Assembly (NCBI RefSeq): GCF_006345805.1
Contig: NC_043003.1
Span: 16,554,001-16,618,000 of the forward strand
Source of the DNA: Octopus sinensis
Taxonomy: Eukaryota
Length of the DNA: 64,000 bases
Direction of reading: 5' to 3'
Shown: piece after piece, positions 1 through 13,148 of the stretch
Layout of the letters: each line of letters opens with the position of its first letter
Numbering within the stretch: the first letter of the stretch is position 1
Made by a program: the position numbers and the translations under genes
Notes under the pieces: generated by a model
The model's input: the letters and a program-made list of their open reading frames with translations, nothing else
Told to the model about the DNA's origin: nothing
The model's database searches: none

Positions 1-567
1 TTTGCGTTTGTCCCCACCTCCATCATCTGACGACCAGTATTGGTTTGTTTACGTCCAAGTTTGTTGTTCGGCAAAAGAGTCAGATAGAATAAACACCAAA
101 CTTAAAAAGGTAAGTACCGGGAGACGATTTGCTCGACTAAAACCGTTGAGACGTTCGTTCCACCATTGCCACAGTTCAATGGCCGAAAAAAGCAAAAGAT
201 AAAATCTCAGTGCAGTAGATTTGCAGAACCGGTTGAATAACAAACAAAATGGAATGTATTTTGTTACATTTTGAGTAAAAACCTCGTCAGTATAAGATTT
301 GCCATTCATCCTTCTGCGAACGCTAAAAGAAATTTCATAAAAAGTAACGAAGGGACGACATGTTTGTTTGTCAAGTCCCAGTACTTGCCTACGAGTTAGA
401 AACAATCTCTACTGCAATTACTTATTAAATATCCCTTTGCGCACACACACATATATATATATTGAATTTGTACATTCGTATCGTTGCATTTAACCAATTT
501 ACATTTGTTCTCTTACCAAATAATTCTCATTTATCTTCTGAAACTTTAGTATGCAATGTCAAACAAG

Positions 568-621
<54 letters not shown>

Positions 622-953
622 TATTGTTGTTGTTGTTGTTGTTGTTGTTATTATATTATTATCAACTCTAAACCCTAAATTATTTAAGGCCTCGCACCTC
701 TTAAATTTTCAATCCAGGCTTCTCGGTTCCCATCAATTATATTTTCAAATCCCCTACTTCCTTGTGTTCTAACTCCTTCATTCCAATTTTCTCAGTCCTC
801 ATCTGTTATGCTTTTACATTTCTACCATTCCTATTGCATTAACTGCATTACTGTTACACTCGAAAGATTCTTTGTTTTTCTTACAGTACTACCCTTTGTT
901 TTCTATTCTTTTACATTTCTCTCTTGTTCATTTATAATAAGAAGAGAGAGAGG

Positions 954-994
<41 letters not shown>

Positions 995-1551
995 AGGGAG
1001 GGAGAGAAGTAAGCGTTTCTTGTTTCTCTGTGTTTCAGTTACATTTTTTGCTTAACGATATCTTTTATTTTTGATATTCTTCTTATTGTTTTTATATTAT
1101 TCACCCACGGAAAACGGTGAATAATATTGATATGCCCTACATTTATTTTCGTGACCATTTCTATGCCTTCTATTTTATTCAATATTTGACCAAATTAAAT
1201 CCAATTGAGTTCGTTGAAAGGAACCATTGTCAACTAATATCCTATTACATTTTGAGATTTCAGAGATTTTGTTTGATAAGCAAAAATTCTACGATAAAAT
1301 TATGTATTCAAAAACTGGTGAGTGACGCATATTTGCAATTTTAAATCAGTATAGCTTAGATATTTTTGTTTTAGTTGCTATTAGATAAAAGCTGTAAATA
1401 CGAGAAATCTACTTCTCTAAAACTTCTCGAAGTTGGTGCTGCAGAGAAAAAATGCATATGGAACAAAAATATTCAATTTTTAGTTAGATTAAGGCCCAGT
1501 TTCGTCTCTAAAGCTTAATATCTCTAATTCTTTTGAAAAATGTATTTCATA

Positions 1552-1806
1552 TTACTCTTTTACTCTTTTACTAGTTTCAGTCAGTTGACTGCGGCCATGC
1601 TGGAGCACCGTCTTTAGTCGAGCAAATCGACCCCCAGGACTTATTCTTTGTAAGCCTAGTGCTTATTTCATCGGTCTCTTTTGCCGAACCACTAAGTTAC
1701 AGGGACGTAAACACACCAGCATCGGTTGTCAAGCGATGTTGGGGGGGGACAAACACAGACACACAAATACACACACACACACACACACACAAACACATAC
1801 ACACAC

Positions 1807-1887
<81 letters not shown>

Positions 1888-1925
1888 TACGACGGGCTTC
1901 TTTCAGTTTCCGTCTACCAAATCCA
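1552..1925 (-). mobile_element. SINE family C (tRNA-derived, internal microsatellite), head-truncated
   Basis: Reverse complement of the family C body and tail ggcggtgctccagcatggccgcagtc..tgactgaaac..(aaagagta)n, with a central (CA)n/(TA)n tract; many near-identical copies in the window. Confidence 0.85.
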
Positions 1926-2664
1926 AATACCATATCGTTTATGTTCATTTGAAAGATATTAATGAGAGAAATCTGTTTCCGTACATCAAGTCAAAAATGT
2001 ATTTAGTTGGATAAAAATAACGAATGATGCAAAAACTTCTCAAATCAGAAAAAGAGTAACGATTGAAATAGACATTAAATCATCATTTTAGCAAAAAAAA
2101 AAATAACTATATAATATAGCTAAGCTTTTCTGAATTATCTAAACAAGAAGCATCTAATGTTAAAAATGCTTCAAAACCACTACAGTAGAAAAACCTGGTG
2201 AAGGTAAAAGGTGGGGAAATTCTTGAGTGGTCTTGATAAATTTTGTCAGAGTGAAAGCGTTGTACGAGAGGTGCATGAAAAGTTTTGAGTCTTGAAGTCT
2301 TGTATCTTCATCATAAGTCTTGTACCATGTTTTGTTTTGTTGTTTGAGGCTCAAGAGTTTTCATACACCCCTCGTATGTATAGTTAAAGTAAGAAGTTCA
2401 GAAAAGCGAGGTAGCATTGCATTGGTTCCTGGGTGTAACTGGTTTCGTTCAATCGCACGTTTTATTTGATTCCACCAAGAGGTGAGTACGGCGTGAATGA
2501 GCAACAAATTTTGCTGATTCTCCCAATATTTAATAAATCATACGTCGATTGCAGATATCTGGTACAAAAATCCAGAATGTAAAAACGGTGCGCAGAATAT
2601 ACAGGAATGAAACTGCAGCCGAAGCGCAAATTCTCTACGTTTCTCGAAATATTTGATCTTTTAT

Positions 2665-2982
2665 TTTGTTTCAGCCATTTGACTGCGATCATACTGGGGC
2701 ACCACATTGAAGGATTTTAGTCAAACGTATCGATCCAAAGGGTTATTTTTTAAATCTTGGTACTTATTCTACCATTTTCTTTTTTCGAACCGTTAAGTTA
2801 CGGGGACATAAACACACCGACACCGGATGTCAAGTGGTAGTAGGGGACAAACAGTCACAAAGACACGCATACATACATATATATGTATCTATGTATGCAT
2901 GTATGTATATATGTACGTATGTATATATGTCTGTATATATATATATGTATATATATGTATGTATATATGTATCTATCTATTT

Positions 2983-3025
<43 letters not shown>

Positions 3026-3172
3026 CACACGTCGGGCTATTTCCACTCATCAGGCTTTAGTCGACCTGACGCTATAATAGAAGACACTTGCCCAAGATGC
3101 CACGCAGTGGGACTGAACCCGGAACCATGTTATTGGGAAGCAAGCTACTTATCACACAGTGACGCCTGCGCC
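2665..3172 (-). mobile_element. SINE family C, near full length
   Basis: Head on minus strand with B-box-like gggttcagtccc and CORE-like gcatcttgggcaagtgtc, central (TA)/(TATG) tract, family C tail. Confidence 0.85.
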
Positions 3173-3367
3173 TTTGTAGAACGTAATGATTTTTTACATT
3201 AGCAATAATTGGTAAGAAACTCACAACTAGTTTCAAACGGAAATGTAAACGTGTTGACAGATTTGGCTCAGCAGGAGCCTATGTTGTAGACTTTACCATC
3301 TCATATATCTTATACTGGCATTTAGCTACGAAGAATCTAAGTGTTTTATTGCCTTCACGTGTAAGAA

Positions 3368-3687
3368 GCACTCCGTCGGTTACGACGACGAAGGTCCCAG
3401 TTGATACGATCAACGGAACAGCCTGCTCATGAAATTAACGTGCAAGTGACTGAGCAGTCCACAGACACGCGTACCCATAACGTAGTTCTCAGGGAGATTC
3501 AGCGTGACACAGAGTGTGACAAGGCCGGCCCTTTGAAATACAGGTACAACTCATTTTTGCCAGCTGAGTGAACTGGAGCAACGTGAAATAAAGTGTCTTG
3601 CTCAAGGACTCAACGCGTCGCCGGGAATCGAACTCACGACCTTAAAATCGCGAGCCGAATGCCCTAACCACTAAGCCACGCGCCTTC
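3368..3687 (-). mobile_element. SINE family B (tRNA-derived, about 320 bp)
   Basis: Minus-strand A box tggcttagtggttagg and B box gagttcgattccc, then gagtccttgagcaagacacttt; closely similar copies at 6452-6771 and 46461-46780. Confidence 0.9.
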
Positions 3688-3756
3688 ACCTTTCACATGT
3701 ACGAAATACATCTCCCAGTGTATAGAGCCTAATACGATAAATCATTTATATAATTA

Positions 3757-4174
3757 AGGCGGTGAGCTGGCAGAATCATTAGCACGCCGGGCGAAATGCT
3801 TAGCGGTATTTCGTCTGCCGCTACGTTCTGAGTTCAAATTCCGCCGAGGTCGACTTTGCCTTTCATCCTTTCGGGGTCGATTAAATAAGTACCAGTTACG
3901 CACTGGGATCGATGTAATCGACTTAATCCATTTGTTTGTCCTTGTTTGTCCCCTCTATGTTTAGCCCTTTGTAGGTAGTAAAGAAATAGTTATTTCATCT
4001 GCCGCTACGTTCTGAGTTCAAATTCCGCCGAGGTTGACTTTGCCTTTCATCCTTTCGGGGTCGATAAATTAAGTACCAGTTACGCACTGGGATCTATGTA
4101 ATCGACTTAATCCGTTTGTCTGTCCTTGTTCGTCTCCTCTATGTTTAGCCCCTTGAGGGCAATAAAGGAATAAG
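3757..4174 (+). mobile_element. SINE family A, head plus two tandem body units
   Basis: A box tggcagaatcattagc, B box gagttcaaattcc; body gcctttcatcctttcggggtcgat..aagtaccag repeated twice; 17-bp TSD (3740-3756 and 4175-4191, 2 mismatches). Confidence 0.9.
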
Positions 4175-4607
4175 AATCATTCATATCATTATAGTAGCTT
4201 TTCAGATACTAACATTCTTTCTCTGTTAAGGCAGCAAGTTGGTAAAATCTTTAGCACACCGGACCAAATGCTTAGAGGCTTTTCAGCCGTCTTTACGGTC
4301 AAATTCCGCCGAGATTACTTCGAGGCATTTTATCCGTCTTAAGTTCAAATTTCACTGAGATTGATTTTACTTTTCATCCCTTCACGGTTGATAAAATGAA
4401 TACCATTTGAGCACTGGGGTCGATGTAATTCCTTACACTTTCCCCTCCCTTCTACACTATTAACTTAGCAACCAGCAAGCGAACTTGTGTATAAGCCGTT
4501 ATTTGTTTTGTTTTACCTTCATGTTTTGATAATGTTATTTTTTATCTAATAAACACTTTTATATTAACGAAATGTGTTTGTTGTTGATTATAATTGTAAA
4601 CTAAGGC

Positions 4608-5472
4608 ATTTTAAAACTAAATATACGTCAACAAATAAAATGCTAGCTGCGCACTCGTTGCTCTACGGTGTTGATTCTTCGAACAGAGTGGTGACATATG
4701 GTAGAGATGACCCGGAAGTTGTTCCTCTTCGATTACTATCGCAAACAGCAGCAGGTTTCTTCAACCGAATACACGTCGTTGATTGGTTGAAATTACCCAA
4801 AATACGACAACTTTAACACGAAACAACTTCTAAAATAAGAAATTTTGTCAAAAATGTTCAGAGTAAACCGTGCTCTACGCGAGAAATTCTACCAGTATTC
4901 GAAGTTTCAAACTGTTTAGTTAAAAAAAAACTTAATTAAAAAATCCGATATAATTAAATTAAAAGATCCGATATAAGAAATGCCACTAAGGATTTTTTAC
5001 GACGTGTAAATGACTTGACCAGCTCCCCGCCATCCATGTCATTTTGAAACTAAATATACGTCAACAATAAAAAAGCTAGCTGCGGAATCGTTTCTCTATG
5101 GTGTTGATTCTTCGAACAGAGTGGTGACATATGGTAGAGATGACCCGGAAGTTGTTCCTCTTCGATTACTATCACAAACAGCAGTAGGTTTCTTCAACCG
5201 AATACACGTCATTGATTGGTTTAAATTACCCAATATACGACAACTTTAACACGAAATAACTTCTAAAATAAGAAATTTTGTCAAAAATGTTCAGAGTAAA
5301 CCGTGCTATACGTGAGAAATTCTACCAGTATTCGAAGTTTCAAACTGTTTGGTTAAAAAATCTTAATTAAAAAATCCGATATAATTAAATTAAAAGATCC
5401 GATATAAGAAATGCCACTAAGCATATTGTACGACGTGTAAATGACTTGACCAGCTCCCCGCCATCCATGTCA
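4608..5472. repeat. Tandem duplication of a roughly 432-bp unit related to the foldback-element arms
   Basis: 4608-5041 and 5042-5472 are highly similar; both contain gaatacacgtc.ttgattggtt..aaattacc and ttctaccagtattcgaagttt, also present in the arm at about 35925-36110. Confidence 0.85.
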
Positions 5473-6451
5473 ATGGCAATAAAAAAAGTTATATAATTTT
5501 TTTTAATACTTTAATAATTTTACATTTGTTGAATACAGTAAATTTCGTTGATCGTCGTATATTCGACATTCGTTCGAACTCGCGTAGAATATCGATTTCA
5601 GTGTACACCACAGCCACATTCCATTCCATTTAAAGAGAGACTAACTACGTGCTCCTAAGCAAACAGCTATGGCCGCAACAAATTATTACCAGAGTAGATT
5701 TAATATATGGAAAAATTGAAAGATGTATAAATTACTCAAACTCAGGAGCATTAGTTACCGTGTCTGGCATTTTATCAATAATCCATTATCGTTCTACAAG
5801 GTTTTCTAAACGAGGCGGAAATATCGTTAGATCGCATTCAGTATAAAGATTTAGATGAAACATTTCCAAAACCTATAATATTATATAATTGTATGGATTT
5901 TGACGCTTTGTTTCCAAAATAGCATCTCGTTGAGTAAACATTACTCATACACACACAGATAGATTGTTAACTATATCTATCTATCTATCAAAAATTAAAA
6001 GGGTTTTTTTTTGCACCAAATCAACGAATATTAGCAGAATTATGGATTCAATACAGGGATAGATATAATAAATTTATTGACGGTCAGCAGTGTGCTGGTA
6101 AAAATTGTGGCACGTCGGGCAAAGTGCTTAGCGACATTTCGTTCGTCTTCATATTCTGAGCTCAAATTCCGCTTAGGTCTACTTTCCTTTCATGCTCTCT
6201 GTGTTGATAAATTAAGTAACAGTTGAAAACTGGGGCGTTGTAAAGGACTTACCGAAATAGCTGGCCTTGTGCCAAGATTTGAAACCGATAAATTTATTGA
6301 AGTTTCGCCGTATATATGGGCATATCAAACTGAATTATCCTCAGATCTGCATTTGCTTTAAGCATCGCACTATTTGAAATTTAGGAAGGTGTAGAAATTA
6401 GCTCATATAGGAGAGGTTAGAAAAAGAAAGTAATTATAAGAATATATAGGA

Positions 6452-6771
6452 GCACTCCGTCGGTTACGACGACGTGGGTCCCAGCTGATACGATCAACAG
6501 ACCAGCTTGCTCGTGAAATTTACGTGCAAGTGACTGAGCAATCCACAGACACGTGTACCCCTAACGTAGTTCTCGGGGAGATTTAGCATGACACACAGTG
6601 TGACAAGGCCGGCCCTTTGAAATACAAGTACAACTCTTTTTTGCTAGCTGAATGGACTGGAGTAACGTGAAATAAAGTGTCTTGCTCAAGGACACAACGA
6701 ATCGCCGGGAATTGAGCTCACTACCTTACAATCGTAAGCCGAATGCCCTAACCACTAAGCCATGCGCCTTC
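6452..6771 (-). mobile_element. SINE family B
   Basis: Full-length match to 3368-3687. Confidence 0.9.
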
Positions 6772-6986
6772 ACAATAATAAGGATACTGCACAGTGTTCA
6801 GTATTTTATTAGGATAGAAGTTCCAGCTGGATTTTGGAAGAGAAATGACTAGAGAAAGAATTGTATGATTGTGACTGACGAAATAAAATTATGAAGAAAG
6901 GATCTGGGAAAGTAATGGAGACTAGCTAATAATAACAATTTTTATTTAGGTGTGTAGATTAAAGTAGAAAATATTGCATACTCAGC

Positions 6987-7384
6987 GGCGAGCTGGCAGA
7001 AACGTTAGCACGCCGGACCAATTGCTTGGCGGTATTTTGTCTGCTGCTACGTTCCACCGAGTTCGACTTAGCCTTTCATCCTTTCGGAGTCGATAAATTA
7101 AGTACCAGTTACGCACTGGGGTCGATATAATCGACTTAATCCGTTTGTCTGTCCTTGTTTGTCCTCTCTGTGTTTAGCCCCTTGTGGGTAGTAAAGAAAT
7201 AGGTATTTCGTCTGCCGCTACGTTCTGAGTTTAAATTCCACCGAGGTCGATTTAGCCCTTCATCCTTTCGGGCTCGATAAATTAAGTACAGTTACGCACT
7301 GGGGTCGATGTAATCGACTTAATCCTTTTGCCTGTCCTTGTTTGTCACTTCTATGTTTAACCCCTTGTAAGAAATAAAGAAATA
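6987..7384 (+). mobile_element. SINE family A, head plus two tandem body units
   Basis: Same layout as 3757-4174; 17-bp TSD aatatt(g/a)catactcagc at 6970-6986 and 7385-7401. Confidence 0.9.
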
Positions 7385-7459
7385 AATATTACATACTCAG
7401 CACAACCTCTGCACACAGACACTCACACCTAAACGTTAAGAAAGAAAAAGGTTTCCTAA

Positions 7460-7790
7460 TCGAGTCATGCTGGAGCAGCTTCAATGGGAAATGATGCCCC
7501 ACCTACCATATTCGCCAGAAATTGCCCCCCCCCATCAGATTATCATTTATTGTGCAGTCTTCAAAATCATTTGGACAGAGAAAATATGAATTCTTTAGAC
7601 AAGGTAAGAACAATACTGAAGGAGTATTTTCCGTCACGGACGAATGAATTTTGGAAGAGGGGCCTTGCAAGTCTATCAGATAGATGGAAGAGCATTGTAG
7701 AAAATGAAAGCGAGTATATTTTAGATTGAAAAAGAACTTTGTTTATCTTAATTTTGAAAAATAAAAGAAGTATAAAAGAAACGCATTTTC
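7460..7790 (+). mobile_element. mariner transposase C-terminal remnant
   Basis: ORF 7484-7729 contains PPSDYHLLCSLQNHL..F..RGLASLSDRWKSIVENESEYILD, matching the mariner YSPDLAPSDYHLF..RW..V...GEY C-terminus. Confidence 0.85.
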
Positions 7791-8070
7791 TGTTTCTCTC
7801 GTTTACGATTTGTTATACGTACATACATACATACATACATACATACATACATACATGCATACATACATGCATGCATGCATGCATACATACATACATACAT
7901 ATATACATACATACATACATACATGCATACAAGCATACATACATACATACATTCATACATACATACATATATACATACACACACACACACACTCATATCA
8001 AATGTGACCGCGTGTGTACCGTTGGTGATTTTTTTCCTTCATTTTCCCTTCTTTGGATCTTTCCTTTCCT

Positions 8071-8104
8071 GTTTCTGACGAAGAGCTCCGCTCGAAACGC
8101 CAAA
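8071..8104 (+). ncRNA. Minimal type I hammerhead motif, probably inactivated, in a PLE pseudo-LTR fragment (about 8005-8207)
   Basis: gttt-CTGACGA-a-gagc(tcc)gctc-GAAA-cg-C-c-aaac. Stems I and II are intact, but the conserved U16.1 is a C and there is one extra A after A9. Confidence 0.6.
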
Positions 8105-8230
8105 CCCTCCTTGTTTCCTTCTTTCCTGAGCGTCCAATAATACTATACTTGCTCCACGCCCTCGCGTTGTTGTGTTTTCTCTTTGTGTTTTCGTGTTTGG
8201 ATTAACTATATATATATATATATATATATA

Positions 8231-8622
8231 CTAGCAGTATCGCCCGGCGTTGCTCGGGTTTGTAAGGGAAATAACTATATAAGCATTTTTAGAGAGTTAT
8301 AGCCAAAAATTAGCAAAAAAATGCATTAAAAATGGAAAAAAATTATGGTAAATTTTTTTATAAATCGTTGACTCATCGTAGACATTTTTAGAGAGTTACT
8401 TATATAATAGCGAAAAAATGCATTAAAATGGAAAAAAATGATGGTAAATTATTTTTAAAATCGTAGACTCATCGTAGACGCGCGCTAATACCCAGAAGGG
8501 CTCGATATGAATCACGACTATAAGATACCCGGTTTTGGTTAAACTGCACCGCAAAATGTGGGAGTAGTTAGGAATCCAAATCGTAGGAGACAGACACACA
8601 ACTTCACTTTTATATATAAAGA
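8231..8622 (-). mobile_element. Non-autonomous Helitron
   Basis: On the minus strand: 5' TC, subterminal hairpin cccgagcaacgccggg, 3' CTAG, inserted between A and T; internal tandem duplication of about 97 bp. Confidence 0.85.
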
Positions 8623-8636
8623 TATATATATATATA

Positions 8637-9330
8637 GTAGCCATGTTTCAAGCTCTTGTGTGCTGGCACATCCGTAGAGCTGCTTCTAAGTTATGTATTA
8701 TTCGTGCAGTTTCCGTTTTTTCTCCTTCTTTCTTTCTTTTTTTTTGTTTTTGATAAATAATACATAAGCATGTTATCAAAAATGAACCTACACACGTCCA
8801 GATGTAGCTAAATAATATATTGACTGCCAACCCCTTGCGTGTTGTAAATTTGGGGCCCTAGTCTGTCTATGAGGATAGCTTCCTTAATTCTTAGATTAAA
8901 TGTTGTGTATAGAATACAACGTAACAAATACAACAAGTTCTAGATGGGTGGCACATCAAGACCGTTGCACATTCGCATCAAAGAACATCTGAACACGAGA
9001 GCCTCCTCCTTCAGAAAACGTCTAGACAGATACCGCAATAACGACAAAAGCATAACAGTCGCAACTGAGGCGAATGAAAGAAATTTGGGTAATCTAAAAA
9101 TAAAGGAACCTTTCCTCATAGACAGATTAGGGCCCCAAATTAACAACAAGCTGGAGGTTGGCAGTCAATATATTATTTAGCTACATCTTGATGCGTGTAG
9201 GTTCATTTTTGATAAAGTGCTCATCTATTATTTATTAAAAGAAGGAGAAAAACGGTAACTGCACGTCTAATACATAACTTAGAAGCAGCGTTACGGTTGT
9301 ACCAGCACACCCGAGCTTGAGACATAGCCA
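8637..9330 (+). mobile_element. Penelope-like element 3' fragment: GIY-YIG endonuclease remnant with inverted pseudo-LTR
   Basis: From 8902 reads VVYRIQRNKYNKF*MGGTSRPLHIRIKEH (decayed VVY..CxxC..YIG.T.R.L..RIKEH); 8637-8890 is the reverse complement of about 9088-9330. Confidence 0.85.
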
Positions 9331-9417
9331 CCCTCAATCACTTCTCATGAGGAATTCCGGAAGGAGCTTCGTGAGACCACTGAAGAGACGCTCCCAAGGG
9401 TAAAAATATATACACAC

Positions 9418-9524
<107 letters not shown>

Positions 9525-9818
9525 ATATATATATATGATACCAGGGTAATAAAGAATTTAGAGATTTTTACTACCAGTGGGTGTGGTAGTAGGCGTAGGG
9601 GTAGCTGTGTGGTAAGTAGCTTGTTTACGAACCACATGGTTCGATTTGCTCGACTAAAGGCGGTGCTCCAGCATGGCCGCAGTCAAATGACTGAAACAAG
9701 TAAAAGAGTAAAAGCGTGGCCTAGCGTATAGAAAAAATTAGTCAATAGACTATATATTATTCATATAAAATACAGTGTACTTATGGTGGACACCTCTTAT
9801 GTGTTTAAATGTACACTG

Positions 9819-9903
<85 letters not shown>

Positions 9904-10576
9904 CATGTATGTATGTGTGTATTTATACATTGCAGAAGAAATGAAAATTATTTCAGACTAGATTCTGATCGAAGTGTTTCAGTAATTATATTTGACATCT
10001 GATAATGACATGATCGCTTCATTTTTAAGGCATCCTACAACAATGAGATTTTTGAATATCAAATTTCAAATAATTACTTTTCTGAACTATTTTGAGGCTT
10101 TCTGTGTGAATGATCAATGATCACCATGAATGGTATATTTTAATTTAATCCTATTGCGTATTAATTTTATATTCTGCCAGTGATTGACTCATAAATGCCT
10201 TTTCGTTATGGAACTACAATGGCATTGGAAATGTACAGAACAACGATTTTTAAAAGAAGTTTGATGGTTTCGTGGTTAAGATATATAGGAGGCATTCTTT
10301 TATTCTTTTGTTTGTTTCAGTCATTTGATTGCGGCCATGCTGGAGCACCGCCTTTAGTTGAGCAAATCGACCCAGAGGACTTATTCTTTGTAAGCCTAGT
10401 ACTTATTCTATCAGTCTCGTTGCTGAACCACTAAGTTACGGGGACCTAAACACACCAGCATCGGTTGTCAAACACAGACACACAAACATACATACAATCA
10501 TACATACATACATGCATACATACATCCATATATATATGTGTGTGTGTGTTTGTGTGTATATGTATATATATATATT

Positions 10577-11010
10577 GCTAACTTAACCGATACCACAAAT
10601 GGAGTTGTTCGACATTAACGCATCCCTTAAGGACATACCAATACAACCAAAAGAAGCCTTCCTTAAGGAAATTGTCAACAAAACAAATGCATTTATGCTC
10701 TTCATGGTGCTGACATAAGTTCCTTGTCTTTCCTGATGAGATGGCGGCATAATGCACCCTTTATTCCTTCGGAATTAGGAATATGCAGCCTTCGAAACAT
10801 GTGTCGAGAGTGAAGGAATTTTGTTAAAATCGTCGTTCGACTCCATTCTTTTATTTATTCATAGTTAAAAAAACACACAAATTTACACACTAGAACACGG
10901 GATCCCTGCCCTTGGCATATAGCTTCAACCGTGTTTTCTGACGTGAATTTGCTACCCAGGTATCGGTTAACCGAATTATCCATACTAGGATAATTCATTC
11001 ACCTTCTTAT
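10577..11010 (+). mobile_element. Penelope-like element fragment: ORF N-terminus joined to a hammerhead-bearing pseudo-LTR
   Basis: 10599-10694 encodes MELFDINASLKDIPIQPKEAFLKEIVNKTNAF, resembling the SLKNIPIP..YLK.L..K N-terminus of PLE ORFs; 10710-10990 is homologous to about 54350-54630 on the opposite strand. Confidence 0.75.
10720..10818 (+). ncRNA. Type I hammerhead ribozyme, canonical core
   Basis: CTGATGA at 10733-10739 and GAAA at 10794-10797; stem II 10 of 12 bp with an inner hairpin; stem III acatgtgt; GUC cleavage site after C10805; stem I ttccttgtctttc/gagagtgaaggaa with an internal loop. Confidence 0.85.
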
Positions 11011-11097
<87 letters not shown>

Positions 11098-11188
11098 TAG
11101 ATAAGTGTATTTTTGCTGAAACCTATTTCGAAAGTAAAAGTATTTGATTTATACCTGCGTTAAACTCCATTCATTTATCTATAGATAT

Positions 11189-11230
<42 letters not shown>

Positions 11231-11414
11231 CGGGCTTCTTTCAGTTTCCGTCTACCAAATCCACAGTAAATGACACTTGCACCAAGGTACTACGCAACTG
11301 GACTGAACCCGGAACCATGTGGCTGGTAAAGAAGCTACTTACCACACAGCCACTCCTGCGCCTATCAATAGTTTTTCTGACTTACATTTCTGATTTCATT
11401 TTAATTTTACTTTT

Positions 11415-11810
11415 TTATGTCCCACCTTGAGGCTGTGGACATACTGGAGCAATGCCATTTGATATGATTCTAGTTAATTTCATTTCACTTCCACAGCCTT
11501 CTCTCTGCTTTTAGTTCTAATAAATTAGTGAATTTGGCAAGCATATCTTCTTTAAGTTTTTTGCCGTGGTGTGGGTTCAAATTTTTTCAAGGTATTAAAA
11601 AGTTGTGGGCCTTCGAAACCTAAGCTGTTATAGTATTGAGTCCTTACACTCGATGGAGGGGATGGAACTTTTCATATCATACAGTGTCATCCGGTTTGGG
11701 GTTTGACATAACTTTCAATCTCAAAGTTAGGTGCTAGTTCCGCCAAGATATTCCGTATATTTATTTCCCCGCATATATTTTGTGTTTTCGTTCTAGGGAA
11801 CCTATAACTT
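11415..11810 (-). mobile_element. Old CR1-like LINE 3' remnant
   Basis: Minus strand reads SLERKHKI..APNFEIESY..HCMI*KVPSPPSSVRTQYYNSLGFEGPQLFN, homologous to the LINE at 63331-64000; ends in the decayed tail tggcattgctccagtatgtccacag. Confidence 0.7.
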
Positions 11811-12093
11811 CTTCCTTATCGTTATTTCTTTAATAACTGAATCATAGTCTTTAATGTTCAGATAGAACATCTTACTGTATTTGTCTGGGCTGTTTGCGCA
11901 CTGAGTTAAAATCCTTTCATGGCCTACATGTCTGTTAAACTTAATTTGTTTTCCATTTAACACCCCTACCTGGTGCTTTTTGTTACCTTTAGTAAACTCC
12001 ACTCTGTTGCTCTCATTCTGGCTAGTTCTCCGGTTTGGGAATACCTTTCTGTTTCTTACCAGTTTTAGTGACCCTGTAAAGGGTCTTGATATT

Positions 12094-12129
<36 letters not shown>

Positions 12130-13148
12130 GGTATTGCTGTGTTATATAGAGAACGTGAATAAGTTTAAAAGCAAGTGGGAATAATGCCAACCAGTAAACT
12201 TCAAAAATAAGGAAGTCATCAGTATTTATGTATTAGTAAATGTAAAACTCAGAAAAGCTCCATGTTATAATGGAGGACAGAAGGTCGTGATATCATTTTT
12301 CAAATATGATAGTGCTACAAATAAAATAGAAGGATTTCAACATAAAATCGAAAACTTACTAAATTTTGATGTGTAAACGAAAGAGGGTCTTTTATGTCTC
12401 GGACGTTATTCATTTTTAAAAAACACAGCGAGGGGAACTTTGGGGTGAAAAAGAGGGCGAGAAACGGAGAAAATATTTAGAAGTAGTGGAAGGAGAAAAT
12501 GTTCAACCAGTGAATCCTTGTCCTATGAGGAGGTATTTAAGACTCTCATTAATGATTTGACTAAGAATTGTTATAAGTTGTTTTCATTAAAGTCAAAGCT
12601 TCATAATTCCATTAAAGGTTTTTTTTTCATATTTCCAATAATAGGAAATAAAATGGTTTAATACCTAAACTTTTCCCGCAAGTATTAGGAACAATATTAA
12701 AGTGAATTAACTTTCAAACAAAACATCGAACCTTTTTGGCAAACTAGCCTGGAGTTTATCTCTTGTTTTAAAGCTTTCACCATCAAAATTCTAGTAATTA
12801 TGATATACGCGTAAGATTACATCACACTTTTGTTTATCCGTAACCATTGTTTTATAGAAACGTGACAAGCTGGCAAAATTCTTAGCACGTCCGACAAATA
12901 ACTTAGTGACATTTCTTCCTATTCTTTATGATTTGAATTCAAATTCCGATGGGGTTAACTTTCAACCTTTCGGGTTCAATGAAATAAATTACCAGTCAAG
13001 TACTGAGGTTGATGTAACTGACTTGACTCTTCCTCTCAAAACTTAATTTTTCGCCCTTGAACCCTGATCAGTTTCAGGGTTCAAGCTCAGCTCAGTAATA
13101 AATATAATATTTCAAATGAACTTACGACTTATTCGACGGATATGTATA

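Larger units (their letters stand above)
10306..11363 (-). mobile_element. SINE family C split by a PLE insertion in its internal microsatellite
   Basis: Tail half at 10306-10480 and head half at 11228-11363 are collinear on the minus strand, separated by TA/CA tracts and the PLE fragment at 10577-11010. Confidence 0.75.
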
